This document shows positions 12,410 through 25,544 of a stretch of DNA of 64,000 bases, piece after piece (positions within the stretch are counted from its first letter, which is position 1; the number at the start of each line of letters is the position of its first letter). Under the pieces are notes generated by a model. That model searched no databases and had not been told where the DNA came from. It saw nothing but the letters and a program-made list of their open reading frames with translations. The position numbers and the translations under genes were made by a program. The stretch is from Marsupella aquatica (lineage: Eukaryota > Plantae > Marchantiophyta). The stretch is from assembly GCA_973895155.1 (NCBI GenBank), contig OZ316898.1:16978752-17042751 (forward strand). Direction: 5' to 3'.

Positions 12410-15400
12410 ACTGTGTTTGCATATCAAGAATGCATGCTTTCTCCACAGATTGGAATTTAGCACGCTACAGTGAAATTTCTCAACTATCAAAATCCCCAAA
12501 ATGATAGTGTGTGTATGTATGATCAGATCAATCAATGTGACATGTTGTTCAAATCTGACTGAAGTCACCAGGAAAGTCTTGGTGGTGCTCAATTGCTAGA
12601 CTCCCATAGCCGATCAGTTGTCAAATTATTTCAAAGGCTTACTAAATCCCTACTTTGTTCTCTGTGAGCATGATTGTTGCAAAAATCTCAGAATGGCTTC
12701 TCTTGCTACCAGGTCACATTGCCCTGTGGATTCCCTAGTTCTCCCCGAGGTCTATGCTCCTAGAGCCCTCACTTAGCGCAATTTATCAAAAACTTTTTCT
12801 AACTGCGCCTAAACTGTTTAGAAGCATCATTGCAAGATTTTTTTCTTAGTTCTAAGGGCTGAAAGATTCAAAATATATAATATGAAAAAGAAAGTAATTG
12901 TACAAGATCGACCTTGCTTGATTTGCATTCTTGTTGGCACAGAACTCTTATTAATTAAACTATGTACACTGTGTGGTATATAATTAAGGGAAGTATCCAA
13001 AGATAATACACAACACTCAACCATTTCATTTGCTAAAACTAAGTGAAAAAATAGATCCAATAGAAGTAAGCAAGTTCATTGGTTTATTTGAGAAGACCTT
13101 GAAGCAGTTTAAAATTAAATAAAGACGTAGTTTGGAGGAATGTATCTTTTGTGCACTGTGACGTATTCTTACCCATGTGTCAAGAATGAATTTCTTTCGC
13201 ACAGGGCGATCATGCGGCACTTGTGTCCCAATGCCTTTTGCTTGTGCCATCTTTGTTGACTTGCTTCTCTTCAAAAGAAGATTGAAGACCTACTTTGTGC
13301 TTCAACAACACCTAATCAAGTTTGGTTGCTCTTTCCTTAAGAAATCAAATGACCCCACAATGAACAAGATGTTGCGCCTTCCCCCTTGGGCAAATGACAA
13401 CCTTCACAACCACGTACTACAGATGCACGTCAGGATTGAACCTAGACCACCATCATGCAGCTGGAAGATCATAAAGGGAGCCACACCCTTAGGGGATAAA
13501 CTGTTGCAAAACAAAAACAAAATGGACAACAAACGATTACAAACTTTCTCACTTACACACACAATGATTTTGCCTACAATTAAAGCAATTTAGATTTTAA
13601 GGTGCCCTCAAAAGTTGCACGAGAGAATAAAAATGTGCCTCCTTTTCCAGCAATCTGTGGTCTGTCCATGCAAACAAAGGGAGTGACGACAATCCTTAGT
13701 CTAATTGGTTTATTGGCTGCAAGGTGTTCAATTACTGTATGCTTGGCGTGATGGTGTTGTTTGGATTAAAGCAAGTTGGGCGACTCCCTTAGACATATGT
13801 TCTCCATTTATGTGAACTAGCCTTGGAGACTTTGTTCTCTTGCTGCTTATTGGATGCTACCTGAACTATATCCTCATGTTGTGTAGTTTAATAACACAGG
13901 TGGATGCATGTTGGTTATTGACCATTGGTAGAAACTTAGTCAACAGTTTGGATTTTGTCCTCTGGCCATGAGAGCAAAGAAATGGCATGGTGAAGTTCAG
14001 TACTCTCTACATTTGGGTGAGGAATGGCTGGGATGGGAATGACTGACCACACGGGAAAGAAAGAAGATCAAGTCCTTCCGCCATAGAAAGCCATGATTAG
14101 TTGTACCTTTTGTGAGAAACCTTTGGTGCAAAAATGTACCCAAGTTAGCTTCCCTAGCACTGTTTTGGAGTTTTGTTCCTCCTTCACTTACATTTAAGGA
14201 CAGTGAACCTGCATGACCTTTCCCAATAGTGGACAACTAAAACTAGTAGCATATGAATAGTATCTTCTTTGATTGTTCTCCTTGAGTCCCAAAGGTTGCC
14301 TTGTCATGAACAAAAGGAGAGTGTGAATAACAGGATTCCACACAACAGAACCAAAGTACACATGATCTAATAAGACAGTACACATTTTCCCCCAAAATCC
14401 AAAGACACTTACTTGGGATCATTGATTCTTCCTCCAATTCCCAGCAAATGCAATACTTGTCTTGCCCTTGGAGGGCTCCCATCAACAATTGCCTAGCAGT
14501 GCTCCCAACATTCCTGATTGTGTGAACTGAAGCTCCAGCAGATTTCATGGGCCCAAATCAACGAATGACATACCATATGGGAATGAGGAGAGTAGAGGGA
14601 GGGTACTTTGGGACCCGCACTGACAGCCTCGGGGAGTGTGTGGCATACATGGTTGGGGGGGGGGTAAGTGTTCAGAAAGGAACGGGACAAAAAATTGCAG
14701 AAGGGATTAAACAAGAACTTAAGAAAAAATGGTACAAAATACTTACACCAATTCAAAGCCTACACAAAGAAAACAAACTACTCTAAAATAAGGGTCACAA
14801 CTAAACAGCTACAAGAAAGCCTCAAACCTTTGTGCACAGGGCAGGTGGGAAATATTTTGTAGGGGCCATCAGGCACCCTTCTGTTGCTCTTCCATTGACG
14901 AACTGCCTGCACTGTGTAGGTTTTACTATGTGGCATATTCTTTATGTTAGTCCCAGCAAAGCAAGGTGAAAAGGGATCTTCTTTTGTTATTTCGGTGCCC
15001 AGTATGTATCAGTAATAATACGGTATTCCAATTTGGAACAGCCACATAATTATGTCATATGGTAACACCCAACTCCCTCATTACTTCGAGACAAACAGAT
15101 CCATCACTTGATTGTCTCAAGTGATAAGTCAAGAGAAGCAGGCAACCAAGACTCACTCCAGATGGGACCGAGACTGCAGATCAAATGTAGAGTTAAGAAC
15201 AACTTTAATATCCTTAAAATGAGATTTGTAAGAATGACCATTACACATCTTTCAATCTAAGAAAATTTGAAATTGATGATAAATTTAGTATCATCAGTTT
15301 GAAAGTATTTATATGAAATGATAGAATTAGTCCCAATGACTAATTTCAGATAGTTTTGTGAAACCTAGGAAAAGTAGTCAAGTCATATTTCAGGATCTTG

Positions 15401-15856
15401 TTAACAATGGAAAGAAGATGGGTCACTGCAACTTGGATGGACCATTTTCATGTGTTGCTTGTGACTCAAACAAGTTCTCTATACCAGTGGTCACATGTTT
15501 TATCCCAAAACCACTGGTTCTACATTGTTGAATGGTTTTACAGTTGTCCAGTGATGGGTTAATTCCTTTAACCTAGCATGAGTGGTGCTTTTTAATTTAA
15601 AAAATGCATGAAAGGAAAGAATTTGAGCAGGAAATGTTTTCCATTAACTGTGGAGTGAAATATTACCCACAAACCACTATTTTGTTTGTGTCACCATAAA
15701 CTCTACTCCAACAACAAAATTGCCCATAAAGAGCTGGTCAGCTCCCCAGGGAGAAGCTTCATAGTGCACTAGCCTGGCACTCTTGCATGTGTGTTGAGTC
15801 CCTCAAAAATAAACGTGAGCCTTTTGGTGACTTCACCACCAGTCTTGCCCTATGTA

Positions 15857-16016
15857 CAATGTCAAGTATAGGATAGTAGGAGAATGGCGGTCTGATCTGG
15901 GGTTACTAGTCAACCCTATGACCAGAAAGTGAGAAAAACCCGAATGACAATCAGTAAGTTTTTCTGAGTTTTCTTGAAACAAGGGTCAGGTTGAACTCCT
16001 TCCTATACTTCCATTG
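15857..16016. mobile_element. Tc1/mariner-type MITE-like foldback element (160 bp) with TA target duplication
   Basis: Left end TA|CAATGTCAAGTATAGGATAG; reverse complement of the right end TA|CAATGGAAGTATAGGAAGGAG. There is additional internal inverted similarity (caacc...gaaaa / ttttc...ggttg). Confidence 0.6.
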
Positions 16017-16218
16017 TAGTACATATTACTGTCCTGAGCAAGGTTACTTTCAGGCACGAGATTATGGGCACAACAGGGGCCCTCCCATAACGATAACCTA
16101 CATGCCCTACAATTTACAATAGAATTATGAATTTAACCTTCACTCTTAGTCTATGGTAGACTTCACTTAAAACTTTTTACAGAGGTTTTCCATCTAAATC
16201 CATAGCTGAAAAAGTGTT

Positions 16219-16645
16219 GAGAGATATACTTGATGGACCCCTAAATTGGAATGTCTTACTTGATAGACCCCATGAGACCACTTGAGAAATATACCAAGGT
16301 ATTTGCTTGATCGACCCCTAAAATGAAACTTGTTACTTGATCGACCCCCTGAGGTCTATCAATGGTCCAGTTCTGAGATCAAAAGGTCCACGGTCCAGGT
16401 TGGGGAAAAGTAGCGAGGGGGTTGATTAAACAAACTTTTTCCAGAAGAGGGTTTACTAAGTAATTTTAATTTAGTGATGACCCCTAAATTAAAATGTCTT
16501 ACTTGATAGACCCCATGAGCTTACATGAGCTTTTGGGTTGATTTGAGATCTATCTTGATAGACCCCATGAGACCAATGAACTTTTGGGTACATTTATTTA
16601 AGATATATCAAGGGGTAACTATGGATCACTCATGGGTCCATCAAC
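16219..16645. repeat. Cluster of CTTGATnGACCCC motifs (TIR-like remnants of a MITE family also seen at 47796-47956)
   Basis: Motif copies at about 16229, 16259, 16306, 16336, 16502 and 16554, plus an inverted copy (gggtccatcaa) at about 16634. Confidence 0.65.
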
Positions 16646-17754
16646 ATTGTGGGGGTCCAAAATTTGCGGCACTCGAAACTCTGGATGTGCAGTAATGGTG
16701 CGAATCATTTCGCTTCGACTTGGGCTTCGTCATGATCATCGGTGCAAAGCTCGTGGGGGCTCCACGGCTCGAGCGAGTCTTCAGTCTTGGGCTGCTCCAG
16801 CACTGTACTGATCTGCGCGAGATCGGATTCATTCATGATTTCATAGTCAGCTCGTGCAGATTTGCTTGGATTTGATTCCACTGTGTTCACACCGGTTCCA
16901 TTCGCAGCTGCTGCAGCACATGGTCAATTTCATCAGTCACCTACCATCGAGGATTCTACTGTAGGCCTCTGCGGCGGGTGGGCGGCTGGCTCGATTGGAT
17001 TTGTGCGCACGAAGAAGAATGGTTCTCAAGACGGGAGGGGAGGGGAGGGGAGGGGCGTTGAGAAAGAGGTGTGTCCGGAGAGACCATTCTGTCGACCCGC
17101 TCCATGTCTACTACTGTAGAAGTTCAGGACGTCTGTGTGTTACCTTGGTTTCATCGTTGTTAGATTGTTGGGGATTCGGCATTGCTTTGTCTTTGTCATT
17201 AGGTGTCTGGACTATTTCGTTCCGATTGGTCAGATGCCGCTGTGTGGATGCTCCGTCCATGTGTCGAGTTCGTTGCAGATCATTTTTCTCTAGCCATGTG
17301 TTAAATCGAGAAGCTTTCATTCTGGAGAGAGACGAGGAATTTTGTTGGAGAAAAGTTGGCCGTGCTTCTTTTCGGAATTTTGAATGTTGCTGCTATGTTT
17401 TTGTCTGTTTCCTTTGCTGTTTGTTTCCTGCGGAGGAGTTGAAGTTGGAGTGCCCGATTCAGGTGTTTCTGCGATTCGGTGGGAATGGACGCCCGTGTCG
17501 AGCTGGAAGTCGTGCCCTAAAAAGGGGCCAAAATGGGCGTGGTATCGAGTTGATTTCGGTCACAAAGAGAAGGAAAGCAGCATTGGGAACAGGTCGAACT
17601 CTTTCCAGGGAATGGCAATGCTTATGCTTGCGTCCGTGTTTGAAGGATTCACACGTGTTCAGTAGTCATCGAAGTTCAGGTGTGTGGGGAATCTTCGTGG
17701 ACAGACGTATCCGGGCACATGATTTCGGATAGACTGATAGATTCTGCGTGAGAA

Positions 17755-20700
17755 ATGAAGGGCCTGTTGTCCGGGACGAACAAATTCCCAGGCATCGTCG
17801 TTATGCGGAAAAGGCGACGAGGTGGGGTTCACACAGTTCCCAGGAAGAAATCTAGGAAATCTCAAGAGCTCGAGGAGAAGTCTCTGGCAAAAGAGGACTT
17901 AGTGCCCATTGGTCCCAACAATGAAGATAAGGGTGGTGCTGGAATCAATACGGAGTTGGCAACGGGATCCGAAGACGAGGTTCCAGCCGGACAGCTAGAA
18001 GAATCGTAAGAAACTCAAAATAGTCAATTGGTACTAGTGTCGCCCCTGTAAAGTGCCTGGCGCGTGTGATTTTCCTCCCATTTTTTAGGCAGATTCCCAA
18101 ACGTACATGAGTTTTTGATGAACAGCATAGGTAGGCTATTGGTTTTTGCTAACTCTGGTCAATTTCTTTCTTATGCATTACAGGCCAATCTCTTACGATG
18201 GCGACAAAGCAACTGTGACATTGCATGTGAAGCAGGTAGAAGCTATTCCGCGTGTTTGATGCTATCGGAACTTTTGTTATTTATCATGATCAAATATTTG
18301 GTCAATTTCCGCGTTCGCTCTAATTTTCTTACGTAGGACGGGATTGGGTACGACTGGATGGATTGGATCAGGCTGGCTGGAACCAAGTCTGACTCCTAAG
18401 TTTCTTGGCTGTGGTCAAATTGGATTGCATACAGATGGTTGCGCTGGATGGTTGGGCTATGGTACGTCTGGTGGCAGGTAGAGCAGCTGTGCACGGGTAC
18501 TCCCTTTGCCCTGGGATGGAGGTCCTTCTCTGTTCCAACTCAAAGCTCGCTGCTGTCGTTGCGATCGGATCTGCTTCTTCTGCAGCCGTGGGATGTCTTC
18601 TCCAGCCGGGTGGGAGGGAAGATGATCTCAACTCATTTCAATCAAGTCAAATGCTAGACATCCTGGAAGAACCAGACACATTTGGGTGTACCTTGGAGTT
18701 TCAGTCCTACAGGGGAGGAAGTGTGGAATCTGGATCCAGTTTTGACGCCAGTAACAGTAGTGAAGCTCCCAGCAAGAGGACCTTCAGAATTGTGAGTGTA
18801 AAACCTTCGTCAAGGTTTTGTGGTTTCTTGTCTAGCGGCGAGTGGTTCGGTTTATGTGGGTTGTGGATTTTGTCTTGGTGTCCATGACCAATTGTACTGC
18901 CACTATTTAACACTGCATACCTCATTAGGAGATCGGTGGAGAGAATGAGAGTCTCGTGCGAAAAGCCATCCCGAAGAGAAAAAGAGACGAGGAAATGGGC
19001 GGTGAAACCTCACTGCTACAAAGGGGAGAAGTGGATGAGGAAGAGACTAGTAGCAGTGGAGATGAGGAAGAAGAAGACGAGGAGGTGAAAATGGAGGTTG
19101 ATGATTTGTTGGACGCTGACAGTATCTTGCTCGTTAACGGGCGACATCTGAAGAAGTCACGGAAGGAGTTTCGTACTCCTCTCACTGCAACTGTGATCCC
19201 AGACTCGTGGTGGGGTGCTGCCAAGTCCGTTCTCTACCAATGCAAAGCTAAGACTTCCAGTCAAGAATCTGGATTGCCTCTAAACATAAACAATTTCGAG
19301 CAAGATCAGAGGGCCCAAATTGTCGCCGTCATTGGACCTAAAAATGCTGGAAAATCTACGTTTGCACGGTTCTTACTAAACTTTCTATTGAACAGGTTCG
19401 TACACGTGCACCTCTAGCTCGTTCATTTCAGCTTCTCTCATGATTTGTGATAAATGCCTTCTGCATTGTGAGCGGGTAGCATTAGAAGTCTTGCAGGGCC
19501 ACGCAAGAAGTGAAGTTCTGTCTCGGTCGGATGCAACCTAACTTTGTCCTCGTTGATGTTCTCTGGCAGCCACGAGGCAGTTGGATATTTGGATACCGAT
19601 GTCGGACAACCAGAGTTTACTGTTCCAGGGTGTTTGTCGCTGCATATTCTCAGAGAACCTATCTTTGGTAATAAATAGTCCCTGTCCATCGTTTGCAGCC
19701 ATCCTCCTCCTCTCTGGAACCTGACAATAATAGCACGTTTAGTTGAATCGGCTATTTGGTATGATACCGTTGCAAGGTGATCATTTTCGTTCATTAGTAA
19801 GACGTGCCAACCGTGCTTTCATGCTCTCAATACATCGCCCTGTTTTAAAGAATTTTGCTGTTTCTGTGGACTTTGCTTTCATTGTAGGTTCTCCTGTACT
19901 ACATCTTCGGAATCCCGAAAGGTACTGCCCGAGTTGTGTGGTTCTTTGCTGTTGACTTATTCCAGTGCATTGCTAGTGCTAGTGGTTTTCTCTACTGGTG
20001 TTCTCCCAGCGACGTAGAAGGTCAGTTTCTCGAGGTATATGTATTGGACAAAGCATACTTATGAGGATCCCAAATTGCATGAGCGATTGGTCTTCAACCT
20101 AATCACAATGTCTGATTTCAGGTCTTTCTTCTATGGTGACGTTTCGCCAAAGGGTGATCCAGAGATGTATTCTCGTAGTGTTGGGGCTCTGTTTGATTAC
20201 TTTCAACGAAAATATGGGAGTGGGAAGCCTTCCACTCAAGACGACAAATGCCGCTCCTCTGTAGTGCCGTTGATAATAAACACTCACGGTTGGATTAAAG
20301 GTGCATTTCAAATCCCTCGAGACTTTAGTTTCTTTTAGCTCCGTTCTGTCTCATACGTTTCACTTTGTAAAGAGCTGGATTTGTAGAGTTTGATGTAGAC
20401 GCGCCTCCAACGCTAGATTCCTTTTGATATTTTGTAAATCCTAACTGATTGTGTGCATGACATGTCTCACAACACAGGTATAGGCTATGATGTCTTAGTG
20501 GACATATTACGCCACACATCACCGACACATGTGGTGCAATTCACTTCCCAGATGGAAAATAAGAATCTTCCTGCTGGCAAGTTCTGGGAGTCCTCATTTG
20601 ATAGTGACAAAACAACTTTGCTGTGTATTGAGAGTGCCCTGGAAGGCTCTGACAGGCCATTGTAAGCCTTTCCTGCCGTCCATCATGGTGTTGACAACCT

Positions 20701-22195
20701 TGCTGGCAAATCGACAGCTCAGAGCACCTCAAGTGGCCAAAGTCATTTGCCCATTTGCATGGACTCTAGCAGCGTATACTCCTATGTTTCTCTCCTTTCC
20801 AGGATTCATCTCAGGTTGATTTGTTAGTTTTGAGATCTATCATGACGAAGCTGAACATCAATCTGGCTGGGTACCAGGGTCCGTGTCAAGACTGCCTCAG
20901 ATCACTTGAGGGATTTACGGATCATGGCGTATTTCCGACAGTGTTTTTCAAGGAATTCGCTACCGTATCCATACAGAGAGGACAAATTGTTTGCTCAGAC
21001 AGCAGTTGGTCTTGTCTGTCATCCTCCATACCAGGTTCCTGTCTCAGCTGTTAAGATCTGGCATCTTCATTCCCAAGTAAGTGTCTTTTATGTACAGTGT
21101 AGTTAGTTTTGCAGACGCAGAAGATTGAAATGCTTGCAATGGTATACACTCGGACCACCTTCCTACTTCGTAAAACTTGTATGGTTGATGTAATTAATTC
21201 TTGCTGCCGTGTTCGGTCCAGGTGCCTACAAGTCAAAGCCTCTATAGCGTAAATGGGACTTTAGTAGGTCTTGGAGTTGGCTCCACCGCCCTGGGCAACG
21301 ACAACAAATCAGCTAGGCTTCATTTGTCTTGTGTGGGCCTTGGTAAGAATTGACCTGAGGCCTATCTGCCTCGAGTTTTGCATGAGGGTTGCGGGAGTCT
21401 TGAAGTTCTGAGAGATCCCTCCCTCAGTGGCAGGTCTTAGATGTGCACTGATGGTTTAGTCGTAAGTCCCTGCAGTGCTATTTCTATTCTTAACTTTGGT
21501 GAAAGTTTGCGATTCTTACTTGTGAATACCTGAGGACTGCAAAATCCTAGAATAGTAACTAACCCTGACCTGTTTTCTGGTAACAGGTATTGTGAGGGGG
21601 GTAGATGCAGAAAAGGGTCTTCTGTATATTATTACTCCTCTATCTGAAGATGTTCTGCAGAAAGTGGATACCTTACTGCAAGGGCGTGTGGAAATTCCCG
21701 TTTCTTTGCTCCAGGTTGGCCCTGTAGTTTTCTGCACCGTGATCATTCTGCAGCTTGTGCAAGTCATCGATTAAGATGGACTTTTTTAGTTCCCATGCTC
21801 GAAATACCGCATTTAATTACGTGCGCCCTTGATAGCGAGTCATGTTGCAGGCAAGTAGAACCACCTTGCTATTGAAGCAGTTATTTAGGCAGATTCGGAT
21901 GACTACGTATGTAAACAGTTGGGGTTATCGTGTAATATTGCCCTGTGCGGAAGTTCTAGTATCTCCAGAAACTTCTCGCTTCTCTTCTTACTTTGGACAG
22001 ATCAGGCTCTAGTCAACTCCTGCAACTTACTTTTTGTGTGTGGTCTATCAAACTCACCTACATTTGTGTTTCGTCGGCATTGTGCAGGCAAAGGGTTATG
22101 TGTCACCTTATTTGTGTGATAACTCCGTTGCAATTGAAGGAACCGGATCTGTCGCCATGAAACCCCACAAAAGGTTTACGAGGATAGCGACTTAG
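17755..22195 (+). CDS. NOL9: Polynucleotide 5'-hydroxyl-kinase NOL9/Grc3 (Clp1 family)
   Basis: About 12 GT-AG exons. Walker A VAVIGPKNAGKSTFARFLLN, Walker B GYLDTDVGQPEF, FFYGDVSPKGDP, PLIINTHGWIKGIG, CVGLGIVRGVD..KGLLYIITP and a C-terminal SPYL. Stop TAG at 22193-22195. The N-terminal exons (17755-18005, 18184-18235, 18435-18791) are less certain. Confidence 0.9.
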
Positions 22196-24137
22196 TGAAT
22201 TCACACATTTCCAGAGTCTGGACTCGCGAAGTCCCGGCAAGCAGTTGATATTTACTCTTTCTGCCTTGCTACTTTGTCACTGTTACTTTGATATTCTGAA
22301 CTTTGAAAATCAGCTGAGGGTGGATATGTCCTACTTTTGGAATCCATTTGTGTAATTGCCTGCTCGTTAACTTAACCTCTGACCACTTAACCTCTGTTAA
22401 GTTAACCTGTTTTTGTATGACTTTTGCTGTTAGTTGTGTCTCTTTCTTGAGGATTTCGTGGCTGTAGGCTTGTTAGGAACTGTGGGGGACCTTTGGGCTG
22501 GTTTACAATGTAAACTATCCTTCAGTAGCTCTGTTTCACGCTACAACTGGGATGGCTGGTGGTGTGCTTATTATGTTAAGAGAGTTTTATGGAGATAGAT
22601 TGCACGATGGGTGAAAGCCACAAGGGGATGAATATGGTGTTGCAACGTTATATTGGAAATTACGCTTCCCAAGTTCAATCTGTCGTACTTGCTACAATGT
22701 ATCACTTTCATAAGGCTCGTGTTCAAGCCCTTGTTCCTGTTACTCCTAGTGTTGAAGTCTCGGTAAGGCACTTTTTCTGTTACAAAGATTTGGTGTTCTG
22801 AAATTCAACTTATCACGTTCTCAACATTACTGGGGAGTTGTCCACAGTTTATGAGTTTGTTGGACTAGAAATTCACGTCCTCCTTTACCAGGAAGTGAAT
22901 CTGAGACACACAAAGATGCACCCGCACACAGATTGAAATTCAATGCTCTTTCTGAGGTGCATTCCTCATCTGGTAATCTAGCTGAACGACTCTTTGTTTT
23001 GGGCTGATATTCTGGATCTTGCAGTTGTTAAAGTAGTACTCGTGGGTCGGATGGCTTGCTATATATGTGGACTCCGTTCGGTTTTCGGTTGGCTTCTTCC
23101 AGGCTGACTGATGCTTCCTGCCTGTGATACGTTTCCCAGAAATGTGTGGACGAGATTAGAGTAACGGTAGGAGGACAAGACGCACTAAGCTGAAGTCCTC
23201 GAGAGAGAGTGAAGAGGCTTCGCATTCATAACTGCGTAAGCATTGTGCTTGATTGACCTGGGATCTGGAAGGTCGGTTTTTGTTAGATTGCAAGTGAAAC
23301 CGGTCAAAAGATCAAATTTTCATCTAGTGATTCCAAAGGTTGTCCACGAATTCAATCATCTAAATGGTCTAGACAATACTTTTTACAAGATTCGTCTCGT
23401 CTTGAAATGGCAGCAATGAAATACTTGAGCCTTTCAATAACCTCGATTAAACCAAAGTTGTTCAACTAATGTACAAATCCTGCTAGTTGCCTGGTGTCGA
23501 ACTATTCTCCGATATGTCTCTGACGTAGCTTCCCGTCTCCTCAAACATCAGTTTCCCCGTGCCAACTGACTCTGCTTGTTTTCCTTCTTGCTCCGTTTAT
23601 AGAGCTGTGGCCTTCTCACTCTTTCTGTTCCCCATGCCTATTGGGGGTGTGTAGACTTCAATTCAGTCATTCAACCCAGGGGAAACCTTGAACCCAGTTG
23701 GAGCTGTTTGCAGTCTCTGCTGTCATTGTGGTACGCAAAGCTTTCGTCAGTAGGAGATCTTCGGATTATCAGAGCCAGGAATATGTTAGCTCATCTTGCA
23801 CCAGGGGTTCTCGAAGCTGCGGTTTGGGTCGAGAAATAATCAAAGTCAGAGCCTAAAGTGAAAGTTCGAGCCCTAGCTTTCATACCGTCGAAGCAAATGT
23901 CTTGGGATGACCTCGCTGAAACACCTTGGAAGCTCCAGTCGCTGATTGAATTGGACCAACAGGCAACTCTCGAGTCATCGTCGAGGAGAGGAGGGGACCA
24001 TGAATGGGCATTACTGCCTGAGAAGAAACATCCGGCCAGGCTAGTGATTGAGCAGGGAGACGGTCATACTTGCATTCCGCAGGGTGGAAAGTGCTCACAT
24101 CCCATCGTCATGAAATGAGTACCCATTTCATAAGTCT

Positions 24138-25529
24138 CTAATGATCAACAACACTGGTGTTGTCAGCAAATGCGGTCGTATCGTTCAAAGAAGAGAGCCT
24201 TCTTGTGGTCAGAAGATTCGAAATGCCTCCAGTCAAATCCTCTTCGACAAAAGTGGTGGCATTTTTGGCAGTAGCAGCAACAGAATAGGCTCGTGAAGAT
24301 GCCGTTGTAGGGGAATTCCGTGCAGATCCTTGTCCTGGCCTTGGTGACTTAGATTTTTTCCGAGTAGTTGCCCGACTATACTTTCTTGAGCGATCAGGAG
24401 ATCTGGTGTAAGTGGAAGCACGATTTGACGCCCGGTATCCTCGTCCTCCTCCTGGGTCAGACACTGAGAACTTCTCATCATTGGCGGTGAGCGCGGACGG
24501 CCCGCTTTTTACCCCCGTGACAAGTGAGGAGACTCTGGGAGTAAGAACCTTTGAAAGCAGTCCAGGAGGAGCAACTTCTGAGGATCCACCACTACTGCTA
24601 CTGCTACTGCTAGTACTTCTCCGGAGATCAGGGTTGGTTGTAGGAAAAAGACCATTACTACTGGGTCCACTGCTACTGCTGCTACTGCTACTGTTGTCCC
24701 CTTCGGAAATGTTGACATTTGTGAAAGAGTCCACATTGTCTACCAATGGTTGCAACAAATTAGCAGAAGAAGATGAGGGGGAGGCTTCCGAGGGCGCCCC
24801 TACAGGGAGATTTTGCGTGGGATACACCGGAACAGTAGAAAATCTTTGGAGCAAAGTCTGTCTCGTCCGGAATGGACCAGTATTCGGTTTGGTTTTGGGA
24901 TCCTGCGCAGCCATCATTGTATGCCAACCAAAGCCCATGTTGTGGGGAGTGGCGGTTGTTGAATTTTGAGAGGATAGTTGCCCTGCTGCTGAAGGCAGAA
25001 GCAAAACTGCTGCTGCTGGAGAGTCTACTGCTACCGCACCAATCTTCTGTCCGGAAGACGAGGAGGAGGTTGCAACCAAGTCAGATGACATCGGTTTGGG
25101 ATCGTTTATGAGGTGGGCGGCTTTGCCTGATAAGCTGGTACGAATTGACGGGAATGTTGGAATGGCTGCCTCATCTAACCGATAAGGTGGCGGGAAAGGG
25201 GAAGAGCTGAAATCTCTGTTCGTCTGGCTGGTACCACTACTACTAGAGGTGGTGGAGGACGATTGTGAATCGTCCAACCGGTATGGGGCTGGGAACGAAG
25301 AAGAGAATGTGGAAGGGAAGGAAATTGTTGAGGAAGAAGCTGTTGGTGGGACGGTTGACTGTGATATCCGTCGAGTGATGGTTTCCTTATTGTCATGGCC
25401 AGGAGCAAACATCAACGGCCCCCTTGTAGTCATTGCAGCACTAGGGTTCTCATCGTCACGCTCTTCATCACGGGATTTTGTACCCGAGCCTCCAACAGCA
25501 TCACAGATTGGCGTGGGATGCGTGGATTT
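24138..25529 (-). CDS. 463-codon Ser/Pro/Thr-rich, probably disordered ORF; candidate terminal exon of the SLT gene
   Basis: Long open frame with poly-Ser runs and an internal repeat (FPAPYRLD / FPPPYRLD). It is preceded by a TGCAG acceptor that is in phase 0 with the last SLT donor. Confidence 0.5.
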   Translation of the reverse strand, partial: KSTHPTPICDAVGGSGTKSRDEERDDENPSAAMTTRGPLMFAPGHDNKETITRRISQSTVPPTASSSTISFPSTFSSSFPAPYRLDDSQSSSTTSSSSGTSQTNRDFSSSPFPPPYRLDEAAIPTFPSIRTSLSGKAAHLINDPKPMSSDLVATSSSSSGQKIGAVAVDSPAAAVLLLPSAAGQLSSQNSTTATPHNMGFGWHTMMAAQDPKTKPNTGPFRTRQTLLQRFSTVPVYPTQNLPVGAPSEASPSSSSANLLQPLVDNVDSFTNVNISEGDNSSSSSSSSGPSSNGLFPTTNPDLRRSTSSSSSSSGGSSEVAPPGLLSKVLTPRVSSLVTGVKSGPSALTANDEKFSVSDPGGGRGYRASNRASTYTRSPDRSRKYSRATTRKKSKSPRPGQGSARNSPTTASSRAYSVAATAKNATTFVEEDLTGGISNLLTTRRLSSLNDTTAFADNTSVVDH

Positions 25530-25544
25530 CTGCACATTAGCAAT

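Noticed and set aside
13000-14900. Possible transposon or LINE debris
   Set aside because: Fragmentary frames without diagnostic RT or transposase motifs.
16995-17732. 245-aa ORF upstream of NOL9
   Set aside because: TTG start, Cys/Arg/Phe-rich composition typical of UTR or intron sequence, and no recognisable motif.
18337-18434. Apparent in-frame stop in NOL9 if the acceptor at 18336 is used
   Set aside because: Exon 18184-18235 spliced to the acceptor at 18434 gives an uninterrupted frame, so there is no evidence of pseudogenisation.
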